A DNA stretch of 64,000 nucleotides from an uncultured Acidobacteriota bacterium (GTDB lineage Bacteria; Acidobacteriota; Terriglobia; UBA7540). Made by a program: the position numbers and the translations under genes. The DNA is taken from NCBI GenBank assembly GCA_963804995.1, contig CAWDSK010000003.1, forward strand, positions 864,001 through 928,000. Reading direction: 5' to 3'. Of the stretch, positions 41,979 through 52,131 are shown piece after piece; the first letter of the stretch is position 1; every line of letters begins with the position of its first letter. The notes beneath the pieces were generated by a model. The model made no database searches and had not been told where the DNA came from. It saw only the letters and a program-made list of their open reading frames with translations.

Positions 41979-43204
41979 GCCGGAATTTCCCGGGTGACGC
42001 CGAGTTGGGGAATGAGCCACTGGACGAAAACAAATCCGATCAGGTAGACAACGGCGCAGACGGCAAAAATCGGGGTAAAGGAGAAGTGCTGCACAATCCA
42101 GCCAATGCTGAGTTGGGTGAGGATACCAAAAAAGCCGCCCGCCGCGCCGCCCAGACCTGATATGGTGCCCACGACCTCGGGCGGAAACACTTCAGAGGGC
42201 AGCGTGACGTTGGCCCACGCCGCGTGACAGTACATCATGCCGGCGAGTAATCCGAGAGCGACGTAGGGCGACCCCACCTGCGTCAACAGCAGGCAGCAGA
42301 CCGGCATCAGGAACGATGTGACCAGCATGTTGGTCTTGCGCGCCCGGTTCACGGTCCAGCCACGACTGGTCAAGTAGCGCGGGATCGCTCCCCCGGCAAG
42401 GTTCCCCACTGCCAGAGCCGCAAAGGGAATCCACCCCAGGCGTCCTAAATCTTTCAGGCTGAAGCCACGCGTTTCCTGAAGGTACTTGGGAATCCAAAAA
42501 ACCAGGAAGTAGGTTACGGGATCGATGAGCGCCCGTGCCAGGATGCAACCCCAGGCTTCCCGCATGCGCAGGAGCCTCTTGAGGCTGGGGGCGGCTTGCC
42601 TGACCGCCTGCGCTGCCGTTACCACCGAACGCGGTGGCCGGTAGGTGAACCCGAAGAGGATAACCCAAAGCAAACTCAGCGAGCCGGTGGTTACGAATGC
42701 CACCCGCCACCCAAAAGCCAGCGAGATGAATGAGACTACCGGTACGGCAACCGCCGCGCCTAGGGCCGTCCCGGAGTTGAAGATGCCCACCGCGAGAGCC
42801 CGCTCTTCCATCGGGAACCATTCGGAAACGGCTTTAACGCTGGCCGGAAAGTTGGCCGCTTCCATCCCACCCAGCAGAAAGCGGAACGCTCCCAGCCCGA
42901 AAGCACTGCGCGCAAAGGCGTGCAGGATGTCGGCGACTGACCATCCCGACACGAAAATCAGAAAGCTGCGGCGCGTGCCCAGGCGGTCCACCAACCTGCC
43001 GCCGATGGCGTACATAATGGTGTAGCTTAAGAGGAAGGATGAAGTGATGTAGGAGTACTGGGTGGTGCTTAGTTTAAGATCTTGCTGGATGGTGTGCGCA
43101 AGGACCGCCAGGTCTTGCCGGTCCAAATAATTGCACAGGGTGGCGAGACATAACAGAATCGCTACATACCAGCGATAGGGATCACCCGACTCGTGATTCT
43201 CCAT
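41975..43204 (-). CDS. MFS transporter (ExuT/ACS hexuronate-type)
   Basis: NYLDRQ, GRLVDRLGTRR, EWFP.EERALAVGIFNSG. Confidence 0.9.
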   Translation of the reverse strand: MENHESGDPYRWYVAILLCLATLCNYLDRQDLAVLAHTIQQDLKLSTTQYSYITSSFLLSYTIMYAIGGRLVDRLGTRRSFLIFVSGWSVADILHAFARSAFGLGAFRFLLGGMEAANFPASVKAVSEWFPMEERALAVGIFNSGTALGAAVAVPVVSFISLAFGWRVAFVTTGSLSLLWVILFGFTYRPPRSVVTAAQAVRQAAPSLKRLLRMREAWGCILARALIDPVTYFLVFWIPKYLQETRGFSLKDLGRLGWIPFAALAVGNLAGGAIPRYLTSRGWTVNRARKTNMLVTSFLMPVCCLLLTQVGSPYVALGLLAGMMYCHAAWANVTLPSEVFPPEVVGTISGLGGAAGGFFGILTQLSIGWIVQHFSFTPIFAVCAVVYLIGFVFVQWLIPQLGVTREIPA

Positions 43205-43341
43205 ACTTACTCCTTGGAAATTCTGTCGCTTCCGCGCCTCCCGGAGGGCCACCTAACGTATCACGCACCGAAGCCAGCGCAAAGGGGATAGACGACAGGG
43301 TGTGGGGCAATTTGAATCCGCAAGCCGGGTGGTTCGTTTGT

Positions 43342-43512
43342 GACGCATACATACAAGGCAGTGTATGCGCCACCCTTGATTTGCCTTTTGCGACGTATAG
43401 ACAAAAGGGAATTCATGCGCACGGATGGCGCATACATTGCTTTTTACGATGCATATATAGATGGCAATGTATATACACGGGTGGCGCATACATCGCTTTT
43501 TATGTATGCGAC
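43342..43512. repeat. AT-rich array of CGCATACA-N10-TGTATGCG palindromic units with 34-bp inverted outer arms
   Basis: 43342-43375 vs reverse complement of 43479-43512: 29/34 identical; degenerate units between. Confidence 0.75.
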
Positions 43513-43526
43513 CCCCCGCGGTCGGT

Positions 43527-44708
43527 TTATGCGGCGGATGAAAGCCCCAGGCGTTCGTACACCAGCGCGCCGCTTTGGTACGTTCGGAGGATATCAATCG
43601 TAGGTCCTTGGGGATTGTAGCGGAACTCCACGACATCGCCGCGCTGGCCAAGGGCGAGACCTTTGTCACGTCCCTTCAGTTTCCCCGCGCGGGCGGGGTT
43701 GACGGTGGCCATGCTGACGGCTTCCGCAAGATTCAAGCCACCCAGGCGAACCAGGTTGGCAACTTGCTTGTGCATGGGCAGACCCGAGCCGGCAAGCGTT
43801 TTTTCGGCCGCGTTTTTTCCCACCAGCACCACGCGATCGTCCGCTGTCAACTCAACCTCTTTGCCCATCAGATGGTAGCGTCCGGGCGTAGCTCCGGCAG
43901 GCCACACCACATCCGTGACCACGAACCGTCGCGCCGGCCCTTTGGCCCGGAAGGCGGCTTTCATAAACGCCCCCGGCAGGTGCATTCCATCCGCAATGAA
44001 GCAGGCGGTAAGGCGGTCTTCAGCGAGCTGATCCCAGATGTAGTTAGGATGGCGCGGCAACAGCGGGTGAGCGCCATTTCCCAAATGCGTGGAAAGAGTC
44101 GCACCGGCGTCGACTGCGGCGGCAATCTGCTCAGCGTTGGCGTTCATATGACCGATCGAAACGATAATGCCCTCGCGGACCGCGGTTTCGATGTAGTGCG
44201 GAGCTTCGGGCCACTCCGGTGACAGCGTCACCAGGCGGACGAGGCCACCTGCGGCCTCCTGCATGCGGTGCAGCAGATCAACGTCGGGCGGACGAATCCA
44301 TTCCCGCGGGTGAGCGCCCCGCGGTCCGTCCACGGGCGAGAGGTGCGGCCCCTCCACGTGAACCCCCTCAATGGCCACGCCTTCCGGGAGGCGCCGCTTC
44401 GCTTCCGCGATGTTTCGCAGGCAGGCGAGCATGCTCTCAGCAGAGTTCGTAACCAGGGTGGGATAAAAGCGCGTGACACCCGTGGCGTACAAGGCCCGAA
44501 TCGAGCGGGCGATTGCATCGAGCGGCGCGGTGGGCAGGTTATAGTCCACTCCCGCATATCCGTTCACCTGGAGATCGATGAATCCGGGAGCGAGGAATAA
44601 TCCAGGAGGAGCAGAAGCAACGCTCTCTACCGCCTGGATCTCTGTCCCGAATGAAACGGCAACGGGCAGGCCCGTAAGGGAATTAGTGCCGGTGCATTTC
44701 ATGGTCAT
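43527..44708 (-). CDS. nagA: N-acetylglucosamine-6-phosphate deacetylase-like amidohydrolase
   Basis: PGFIDLQVNG, HVEGPHLS, GAH, VTLSPE, THLGN, DGMH, LAGS. Confidence 0.8.
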   Translation of the reverse strand: MTMKCTGTNSLTGLPVAVSFGTEIQAVESVASAPPGLFLAPGFIDLQVNGYAGVDYNLPTAPLDAIARSIRALYATGVTRFYPTLVTNSAESMLACLRNIAEAKRRLPEGVAIEGVHVEGPHLSPVDGPRGAHPREWIRPPDVDLLHRMQEAAGGLVRLVTLSPEWPEAPHYIETAVREGIIVSIGHMNANAEQIAAAVDAGATLSTHLGNGAHPLLPRHPNYIWDQLAEDRLTACFIADGMHLPGAFMKAAFRAKGPARRFVVTDVVWPAGATPGRYHLMGKEVELTADDRVVLVGKNAAEKTLAGSGLPMHKQVANLVRLGGLNLAEAVSMATVNPARAGKLKGRDKGLALGQRGDVVEFRYNPQGPTIDILRTYQSGALVYERLGLSSAA

Positions 44709-44725
44709 GGGAATTAACCTCTCAC

Positions 44726-45895
44726 TCAATAACCCGGAACCCCAGCTTTTTGGTAAAACTCTTCGACGCGCTGGTATTCCTCCTGCTCCTCCATCAGGTT
44801 CAGGCTGCGCAGCATGTGGCGGATCGTCATGTGCGGGTCATTTGACCAGAACATCCCGCAATCCTCATCCTCGTAATACCGGTAGCCCACTTTATCGCCA
44901 TAGAGCGCCTTAAGACCTTCCCCGTTTTTCAAGGCCGAACTCCAGGAGAGGATGGCGTAACTTAAGTCCAACTCCTGAACCAGGATATTATCTTCGGGGG
45001 CAACGAGGTTGCCGGCCTCAACCTTCTTTTGCATCACAGGCCATTTTATTTGGGAGACGATTTTGCCCGTCGGTTCAAAGATGGAGGCGTTGTTCCGCCA
45101 GGTACTGGAGACGATGTAGTAGTGGCCCCGCTTGGCACGAGAGGCAGGTTGGGAAGTCTGTGGCGATTGGGTTGGCCAGGCAACGATCTCCGCGCCCTTG
45201 CGGGCCAATTCCTTCCAGCCATAATCAAAATCCATGTCGTAACAGATCTGTATCCCCAGCTTGCCGAAATCACAGTCGAAGACGGGTTCTTCCGTGCCGG
45301 GAGTGGAGCCCTGTTCCATGGAGCCTGTGTCGGTATCAACCACGAGGTGCACCTTGCGATAGATGCCTACGACTTCGCCGCTCCGTCCAAAAAGAATGGC
45401 GGCGTTGGAACATCGCTTCGTAGCTGGATCCTCGAGCAGGAACGTAGGTACAACGACATAGCAATGGCACTTGCGGGCCTCGCGAGCGAAGGTGTCGTTG
45501 ACCGCGCCTTCCAGTGGATACGACCAATCCGCCACGCCTCCTACCGGCCCGCCTTCACCGGTCAGGGCCATCTCCGGAAGTATCGCCAAGTCCAAACCGC
45601 GCCCATACTTCTTTTCCGACTCCGCCTGCAGGCGATCGACGAGCACGGTCAGTTGATCCATGCGTTTCTGCAGGCCCGGATGCGGCCCCCAGAACGGTTG
45701 CATGACCGTCCCGACGATGACTTTTCGAGGCGGTTGATCCGAGGTGCTCTTCAGACTGAGGTCCGCACCCGCGACGGGCAGGGTCAGCAGAAGTCCTGAG
45801 AAGCCTATAACTAGCTTGGCCAGTATGCGTGTATGAATTACGTGTTTTGTAGTCACAACAAATCCTCCATTACGGAATGATCGAGGCACAATCAA
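44726..45895 (-). CDS. Secreted carbon-nitrogen hydrolase (start uncertain)
   Basis: ILPE, YRKVHL, QICYD triad; hydrophobic leader. Confidence 0.85.
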   Translation of the reverse strand: MIVPRSFRNGGFVVTTKHVIHTRILAKLVIGFSGLLLTLPVAGADLSLKSTSDQPPRKVIVGTVMQPFWGPHPGLQKRMDQLTVLVDRLQAESEKKYGRGLDLAILPEMALTGEGGPVGGVADWSYPLEGAVNDTFAREARKCHCYVVVPTFLLEDPATKRCSNAAILFGRSGEVVGIYRKVHLVVDTDTGSMEQGSTPGTEEPVFDCDFGKLGIQICYDMDFDYGWKELARKGAEIVAWPTQSPQTSQPASRAKRGHYYIVSSTWRNNASIFEPTGKIVSQIKWPVMQKKVEAGNLVAPEDNILVQELDLSYAILSWSSALKNGEGLKALYGDKVGYRYYEDEDCGMFWSNDPHMTIRHMLRSLNLMEEQEEYQRVEEFYQKAGVPGY

Positions 45896-46172
45896 GGGGA
45901 ACGGCTTTCCCGAAAACTTTAATCTTGAATAGCTCGGGCATCATACCATGGCCAACCTTTCCTCGGCCCGGTGGCTTTCTGTGCAAGGTCCGCGCCATCG
46001 CCAGAGTCGGCCTGCACCCAAAACCTGACTTTGGTCATTTGTATATGGGAGCGGTCAGAGGTATATTGCCACCCGTCCGAAATCCGGGTAATAGGATGAA
46101 TGTGCTGCGCCATAATGCGTAGTTCGGTGACGCTTGGCCCGGTATAAACCGAGGTCGAGAAGAGGGGGAGAC

Positions 46173-47504
46173 ATGGATATCCGTGATGTCGAAAAGAAAA
46201 TCGGTGAGGCCCTAAGAACGGTGAAGGTCATTGATCCGCACTGCCACCTGAACGCCGCGAAGCCTGCGGGCGCTAATCTAGCTGACATCGTGCTCTATCA
46301 CCACGTGTGGATTGAGCTCGTTTCCTCCGGGATGGGGCAGACGGAAGTGACAAAAGCTGGACTCCCCCATGAGCTGGTGGACCCGCAGATGGAGCCCCTG
46401 GAACGCGTGAAGCGCCTGCTCCCCCACCTGCCGAAGATCCGCAATACGACTGTGGGAACTCTACTCGGTTGGCTGCTCCAGGACCTTTATGGCATCAAGG
46501 GCACGCTTGACCAATCCAACCTGGAAAAGTTGGCAGCAGCCGCCGAGAAGACGGGGAGCGATCCCACCTGGCCGGAACGACTCTTCTCGGATATTTGCGG
46601 GATCGAGCAGGCCATCACCGTCGAGGCCTGGAAAGGAAAGCGATTTGAGAGGATCCAGGGCGCCGACGAACGCTTTCGCCTGCTCAACTTCGCCGACGGC
46701 AAGGTGAGCATTCCCGAGCGGCTGGGGCAGATGGCTTCCATCCTGGGGCGAGATGTCAGGACGAGCTCCGACTATCGGGATTTCGTCGCGAAGCTGGTAG
46801 CTGACCCCTCGCGTGGCGCCCCCGTGTTCATCGGCGCCTGGATGCCTGCCTACTTTACTGACGAGCTGGCGGATGACGCAAACATCACGCGTATTATCGA
46901 GAAAGCCCGCGAAGGTAAGCAGCTATCGCGCGTCGAGTACGGGAGCGTTTCCTACTACGGTATGGTTAATGCCCTGGAGGAGTTGCGCAAGACACCCCTT
47001 CGCGTCATCCAGCTTATTGTCGGCGCGGAGGTTCTGCTGCCGCACCGGGCTATCACCGAATGGGATGGGAGCTTCCCTGCGGCAGCGGGGCGTCTGGCTT
47101 GTAAGTTTGAGGATTTCCGCTTCAGCGTCAGCACGGCGTCTGACCAGTACACTCAGGACATCGCGATCATGGCCAAGCACATCCCCAACCTCAGCGTGGT
47201 CGGGTACTGGTGGCACACGCTGTACCCTCACTACATCCGCAAATCGCTGGAGACCAGGCTGGACATGGTGCCCGCGAGCAAGATCATCGCCTTCTTCTCC
47301 GACGCCTACCATTGCGAGTGGTGCTGGCCGAAGCTCCGCATGGTGAAGCAGATCATGGGTGAAATCCTCGTCGAGCGGGTCGCCAAGGGTTGGTACGATC
47401 TGGACACGGCTTTAGCGATTATCCCCACCGTGTTCTACGACGCGCCCAAGGCCATCTACGGGCTTAGCGATTACAAATCCGCCAAATCCACCGTGGCGGC
47501 ATAA
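46173..47504 (+). CDS. Amidohydrolase-superfamily protein (uronate isomerase-like)
   Basis: IDPHCH, GYWWH and FFSDAY motifs; GAGGGGGAG RBS. Confidence 0.7.
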   Translation: MDIRDVEKKIGEALRTVKVIDPHCHLNAAKPAGANLADIVLYHHVWIELVSSGMGQTEVTKAGLPHELVDPQMEPLERVKRLLPHLPKIRNTTVGTLLGWLLQDLYGIKGTLDQSNLEKLAAAAEKTGSDPTWPERLFSDICGIEQAITVEAWKGKRFERIQGADERFRLLNFADGKVSIPERLGQMASILGRDVRTSSDYRDFVAKLVADPSRGAPVFIGAWMPAYFTDELADDANITRIIEKAREGKQLSRVEYGSVSYYGMVNALEELRKTPLRVIQLIVGAEVLLPHRAITEWDGSFPAAAGRLACKFEDFRFSVSTASDQYTQDIAIMAKHIPNLSVVGYWWHTLYPHYIRKSLETRLDMVPASKIIAFFSDAYHCEWCWPKLRMVKQIMGEILVERVAKGWYDLDTALAIIPTVFYDAPKAIYGLSDYKSAKSTVAA

Positions 47505-47606
47505 AACCCAATGGCAAGCACTCAACTGTTGAATTCGGTCTGGGCTTGGGATATTTAAGGCCATCCCACCTTCTGAATCGGAAACGGAGTACGGGGAACA
47601 CTGTCT

Positions 47607-49103
47607 ATGCGTGAGACCTTTCTGACGTTTGACCTGGGCACCACGGCGCTCAAGACTGCGCTCGTCTCCGGCGAGGGTAAGATGCTGGCAGTCTTCAGCC
47701 GCGAATACACTCCCCGTGCCCCTCGGCCCGATTGGGCGGAACTCGACGCCGAAGTCTATTGGCAAGCGGTAGTCGAGGGAACCCACGCGGTCTTGGCACA
47801 GTCAGGCGCAGAGCCCGCCAGTGTCGCCGGTATCGGATTCGGCTCGCAGGGTCAGACCTTTCTACCTGTTGATGCCGCCGGGCAGCCCCTATACAACGTC
47901 ATCATCTGGCTGGACACTCGGGCCCAATACATCGCCGACGCCTGGGAAGCGTCATGGCTCACCCGTGATAAATTCCAGCGCGCCAGCGGCTTCCCCTGGC
48001 TGGCTGCGAACCTGACGGTCTTCAAGATTGCCTGGTTCGCCGAACACGCCCCTGCCGCGCACAAAGCCTGGAAGTTCCTCCTCCTGCCAGATTACCTGAT
48101 CTACCGCATGACGGGCGAAACCGCCACCGACTACGTCACCGCGCGCATGAGCGGTCTGTTTGATCTAGAAACCGGCGCCTGGGACCCCGTGCTCATGGGT
48201 GCTGCCGGCGTCACACCTGACCAGTTGCCAGTTGTCCTCGCGCCAGGCTCGGTCGCTGGCAAATTGCATTCGGCGGCAGCAATGGAACTGGGAATTTCCC
48301 CGGGGGTGCCGGTCACCGTAGGTGCGAACGACCAGGTAGTGGGAGCTGTGGGAGCAGGCAATGTCAGTCCCGGTGTGGTGACGGAGATGACCGGCACCGC
48401 GCTCGCCCTTCTGGCCACCACGCCCACCCTGCTCAAAGACCGTAGCGCGATTGTGGGCAAGCATGCCGTGCCGGAGTTCAGCTACGCGATGACGTTAGCT
48501 ATGACTTCCGCCATAGTGCTGAAGTGGTTTCGAGATTTGTGCGCACCGGGGCAGGATTACAAGGAATTCCTGAAGGGCATCGAGGAGATTCCCTGCGGCT
48601 GTGATGGATTGTCAGTGGTCCCGCACTTCATGGGCACCGCGATGCCGCCCTTCAATCCACGCGTCCGCGGGGCGTTCATCGGCCTGTCGCTCGGCCACAC
48701 GCGCGCTCACATGGCACGGGCGATATTGGAATCATGCGCCTGCCTCCTCAAAGAACTGATGCGCCCCATCACGGATCAGGGGCTCACCGTGAACAGCGTG
48801 CGGTCGCTGGGCGGAGCGGCTCGCAACGACCTGTGGATGCAGATGAAGGCTGACCTGTTGGGGATCCCGGTCGAGCGCCCTGCGTGCGCCGACGCTGCGT
48901 CCCTCGGTGCTGCCATGTTCGCAGCCGCGGGCACCGGCCACTTCGCGAATATTGCGGAAGCTTCGCGGGCGTGGTACCGCTCTGAGCGCCTCTATGAGCC
49001 CGACCCCGCTCGGCGGCAAGTGTACACCGAAGTTTACGCCCGTTACATGGACGCCATGCAGCGGCTCTATGGTGATGCAGTTTCTTCAGCGGCAGCGAAG
49101 TGA
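47607..49103 (+). CDS. FGGY-family carbohydrate kinase (xylulokinase-like)
   Basis: FDLGTTALK, IIWLDTRA, GANDQ, GGAARNDLWMQMKAD. Confidence 0.9.
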   Translation: MRETFLTFDLGTTALKTALVSGEGKMLAVFSREYTPRAPRPDWAELDAEVYWQAVVEGTHAVLAQSGAEPASVAGIGFGSQGQTFLPVDAAGQPLYNVIIWLDTRAQYIADAWEASWLTRDKFQRASGFPWLAANLTVFKIAWFAEHAPAAHKAWKFLLLPDYLIYRMTGETATDYVTARMSGLFDLETGAWDPVLMGAAGVTPDQLPVVLAPGSVAGKLHSAAAMELGISPGVPVTVGANDQVVGAVGAGNVSPGVVTEMTGTALALLATTPTLLKDRSAIVGKHAVPEFSYAMTLAMTSAIVLKWFRDLCAPGQDYKEFLKGIEEIPCGCDGLSVVPHFMGTAMPPFNPRVRGAFIGLSLGHTRAHMARAILESCACLLKELMRPITDQGLTVNSVRSLGGAARNDLWMQMKADLLGIPVERPACADAASLGAAMFAAAGTGHFANIAEASRAWYRSERLYEPDPARRQVYTEVYARYMDAMQRLYGDAVSSAAAK

Positions 49104-49145
49104 TATCTGCCAGAGCTTGGGAACGAGAATGGTTGTGCCGAAGGG

Positions 49146-49249
49146 ACCTTGGAGTGCGGTAGCAGCAGCTACCGCCTTCCGCTTTTGGTCCACACGGCAA
49201 TAGCGCAGGAGCAAGAAAGGCGGTAGCTGCTGCTACCGCACTCCAAGGT
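49146..49249. repeat. REP-like doublet, perfect 33-bp inverted repeat
   Basis: ACCTTGGAGTGCGGTAGCAGCAGCTACCGCCTT ... AAGGCGGTAGCTGCTGCTACCGCACTCCAAGGT. Confidence 0.85.
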
Positions 49250-49261
49250 GAGGTTCCTCGA

Positions 49262-50038
49262 ATGTCCTTTCTCTATCGCGATCAATCATGGCCACAGATT
49301 CAGGAGTACTTAAAGAAGAAAACGCTGTTGATTCTCCCCGTCGGTACCACCGAGGAGCACGGACTGCATTTACCGGTAGACACCGATGCGCGCATCGCCG
49401 ATGCCTACGGCGCGCGCCTAGCAGAGAGCTTGCTCCCCGAAATGCCCGTACTGGTGATGGATTGCATCCGCTACGGCTATTCCATAAAGGTTATGCAACA
49501 GTGGCCCGGCACGATTGTGGTGCGCAGCCGGGTAGTGATGGACATGGTATTCGACATCTGCAAATCGGTCCTGGATATGGGGTTTGAAAAACTGGCGCTA
49601 CTCGATTGCCACGGCCACCACGGCTCGCTGCTCGGCACCATCATGCGCGAAATTGGCGATGCTTGTAACAAGGCAATCACGGTCATCCAGCCCTCGGCGA
49701 TGTCGCGGGATGAGTTCGCCGCTATCCGCAAATCGGTCCAGGGCGGGGCGATTCACGCAGGCGAGTGGGAAACTTCCCTGCTCCTCCACCTCAGCCCGGA
49801 AGTAGTGGACATGTCCAAAGCCACGGACGTGGACATCATGCGTTATCACTCCGATTTCGTCGCGGGAGACACCTTTGCAGGACGCCAGCGCGTGGGCTGG
49901 TCCACTTGGTTCGTTCAGCCGAGCCAGACGGGCACCTACGGCGACCCCACCGTCGCCAGCGCTGAAACCGGCAAGATCATCATGGACGCCGCGGTCCGAA
50001 ACGGAGCGCGCTTCCTCAAGGAGTACTATAGCCACTGA
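49262..50038 (+). CDS. Creatininase-family amidohydrolase
   Basis: PVGTTEEHGLHLPVDTD, DCHGHH, HAGEWETS, GTYGDP. Confidence 0.9.
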   Translation: MSFLYRDQSWPQIQEYLKKKTLLILPVGTTEEHGLHLPVDTDARIADAYGARLAESLLPEMPVLVMDCIRYGYSIKVMQQWPGTIVVRSRVVMDMVFDICKSVLDMGFEKLALLDCHGHHGSLLGTIMREIGDACNKAITVIQPSAMSRDEFAAIRKSVQGGAIHAGEWETSLLLHLSPEVVDMSKATDVDIMRYHSDFVAGDTFAGRQRVGWSTWFVQPSQTGTYGDPTVASAETGKIIMDAAVRNGARFLKEYYSH

Positions 50039-50078
50039 CTTCTCAAACACAGTTACGATAGCAAGGGAGGGACTCATC

Positions 50079-51254
50079 ATGGCTGGAAAGATTCGAGTGG
50101 GAATTGTGGGAGTGGGCGTGGCCGCAAGCTTTCACTTCGAGGATTATCGGCGCGTCTTCGATGTGCCGGTCGAGGTGGTGGGCGTCATGTCCAGGACGCT
50201 GGAAACGACCCAGGCCTTTGCGCGCGAGCGCGGCATAAAAGCTTATGCAACCTTCGAAGAGCTGTGCGACGCCGTCGATGTGCTCAACGTCTGCACTCCG
50301 AGCGCGACTCACGAGGCGATGACGCTTGAGGCGTTTGCGCGTGGGAAAGATGTGATCATCGAGAAACCCTTTACGGGCTACTTCGGACCCGCGACAGGGG
50401 ACTTCCGCGGTGATACCTTCAGCAAAGAGGTCATGCTGCGCGAGGCGATGGCAAGTTCTGAAAGAATGCTGGCCGCGGCTCGGAAGGCCGGCAAGCACAT
50501 CTGCTATGCGGAGAACTGGGTATATGCGCCGGCCATTCAGAAGGAGCGGGAGATTCTGACCAAGAGTGGTGGGCAAGTCTTGCGGATTATGGCGGACGAG
50601 TCGCACAGCGGGTCGGCCTCCGTGTATGGTGGGATTTGGAGACATTCCGGTGGCGGAGCGCTGGTAGGGAAAGGTTGTCACCCGCTTTCGGCAGCGCTCT
50701 ACCTGAAGCGGGCGGAGGGCCAGGCACGAGGGTCGGAACCCATTCGACCGGTAAAGGTCTCCGCACACGTCCATGAGATTACCCGCCTCAAGAATTATCG
50801 CGATGAGGGTTTCCTGCGCACCAGTTACGAAGACGTCGAGGATTATTGCCAGACTCACGTTGTATTCGACGATGGCACGATTGCTGACATCTTCTGCTCG
50901 GACCTGGTGCTGGGAGGCGTGCACAGTTGGCTGGAGGTGTTTGCCAACAATCATCGGACACGCTGCAATCTGAATCCAGTTAACTCGCTGGAAACGTACA
51001 ACCCGCGCGAGGATTTCCTGAAGGATGTCTTCGTGACCGCGCGGATTGGCACCAAGCAGGGCTGGACGAATCCCTCGTCCGATTTTGACTGGCAGCAGGG
51101 ATACCCGCAGGAGTTTCAGGATTTCGTGGAAAGTATTGCGCACCATCGCGAGCCGCTTTCAGGGGGCGAACTCGCGCGTGATACGGTGGCGGTGCTGTAC
51201 AGCGCCTATCTCTCTGCAGAGCGGAATGGAGCGGACGTCGAGATTCCCCGCTAG
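50079..51254 (+). CDS. Gfo/Idh/MocA oxidoreductase (cytoplasmic)
   Basis: VGIVGVG, VIIEKP, GGGALVGKGCH; GGGAGG RBS. Confidence 0.88.
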   Translation: MAGKIRVGIVGVGVAASFHFEDYRRVFDVPVEVVGVMSRTLETTQAFARERGIKAYATFEELCDAVDVLNVCTPSATHEAMTLEAFARGKDVIIEKPFTGYFGPATGDFRGDTFSKEVMLREAMASSERMLAAARKAGKHICYAENWVYAPAIQKEREILTKSGGQVLRIMADESHSGSASVYGGIWRHSGGGALVGKGCHPLSAALYLKRAEGQARGSEPIRPVKVSAHVHEITRLKNYRDEGFLRTSYEDVEDYCQTHVVFDDGTIADIFCSDLVLGGVHSWLEVFANNHRTRCNLNPVNSLETYNPREDFLKDVFVTARIGTKQGWTNPSSDFDWQQGYPQEFQDFVESIAHHREPLSGGELARDTVAVLYSAYLSAERNGADVEIPR

Positions 51255-51262
51255 CGAAAGAA

Positions 51263-51973
51263 TTAGCGCGGGATACTGATTTCACCCTTCGGGGTGGTAA
51301 TCCGTGCACACAGGAGTGGTTTCACGCCTGGCTCAACGGTCACATCAACACCCAGAGTTCGACAGGCGCATGCCAGTTCCTGCGCCGCGGGAGACTCCAG
51401 GTGGAAGCTGCTGAGGTGGCACCCGGCAGGCGCGTCTGCGGAAGGGTGAACCGAATCGGGCGCCCATTCGATAAAGAACGGCAGCAACCCGCCGCGGTCA
51501 TCTTTCAAATGAAATAATTTCCAGCGCAGGACCTTGCCGTCCGGTCGCGTGCGCGCCCCATCTGCGGGCCCGTCGATCGCAAAACCCTCAGCCGCCGCCT
51601 GCTTCGCGAGGGCCGCAAGATCATTCGAGTGCACAGCCCAGGCGATGAGTTTCGGTTCACTTAAGGCGGGCAGTTCGGTGTACCAAGAGAGCGACGTTTG
51701 CCCGGGATCGGGTGCGAGGATTTCGAGGTAACAATGCGGGCCGAGGGAAAGCAAAGCATTCCGAGTGCCTCGGCCCGGATGCACCCCACCGAAAACCGCC
51801 CTCACTCCTGTTTGCTCCTCCAACCAGGCAATACCCCGGTCGAGGTCATTAGTTCCAAGAATAATATGGTCAAGGTTTGTGGGCATAGTGTTCTCCAGGC
51901 AGAAGGCCGGGGGCGCGGCAATTGCAGTTCCGGCAAGGCCGAGAAACGACCTCCGCGAGAGCACAGTTGTCAA
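51263..51973 (-). CDS. VOC/glyoxalase-like protein, possible Tat leader
   Basis: LDHIIL, GGVHPGRGTRNALL, YLEILAPDP, LPFFIEW; SRRSFL upstream. Confidence 0.85.
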   Translation of the reverse strand: MTTVLSRRSFLGLAGTAIAAPPAFCLENTMPTNLDHIILGTNDLDRGIAWLEEQTGVRAVFGGVHPGRGTRNALLSLGPHCYLEILAPDPGQTSLSWYTELPALSEPKLIAWAVHSNDLAALAKQAAAEGFAIDGPADGARTRPDGKVLRWKLFHLKDDRGGLLPFFIEWAPDSVHPSADAPAGCHLSSFHLESPAAQELACACRTLGVDVTVEPGVKPLLCARITTPKGEISIPR

Positions 51974-52131
51974 GCTTACATCCTTTCCACAATATCGCGG
52001 CTTGTCCCCTTTAACCTAGTGCCGAAGTCCCCAACGGGCTCTAGATTATCACGCCCAGTTCCGAAGGGCTTGAGCCCAGACCCCTTTTAGACCACAATAG
52101 CAGGTTCAACATGATCCTAAAGGAGCCTCCG

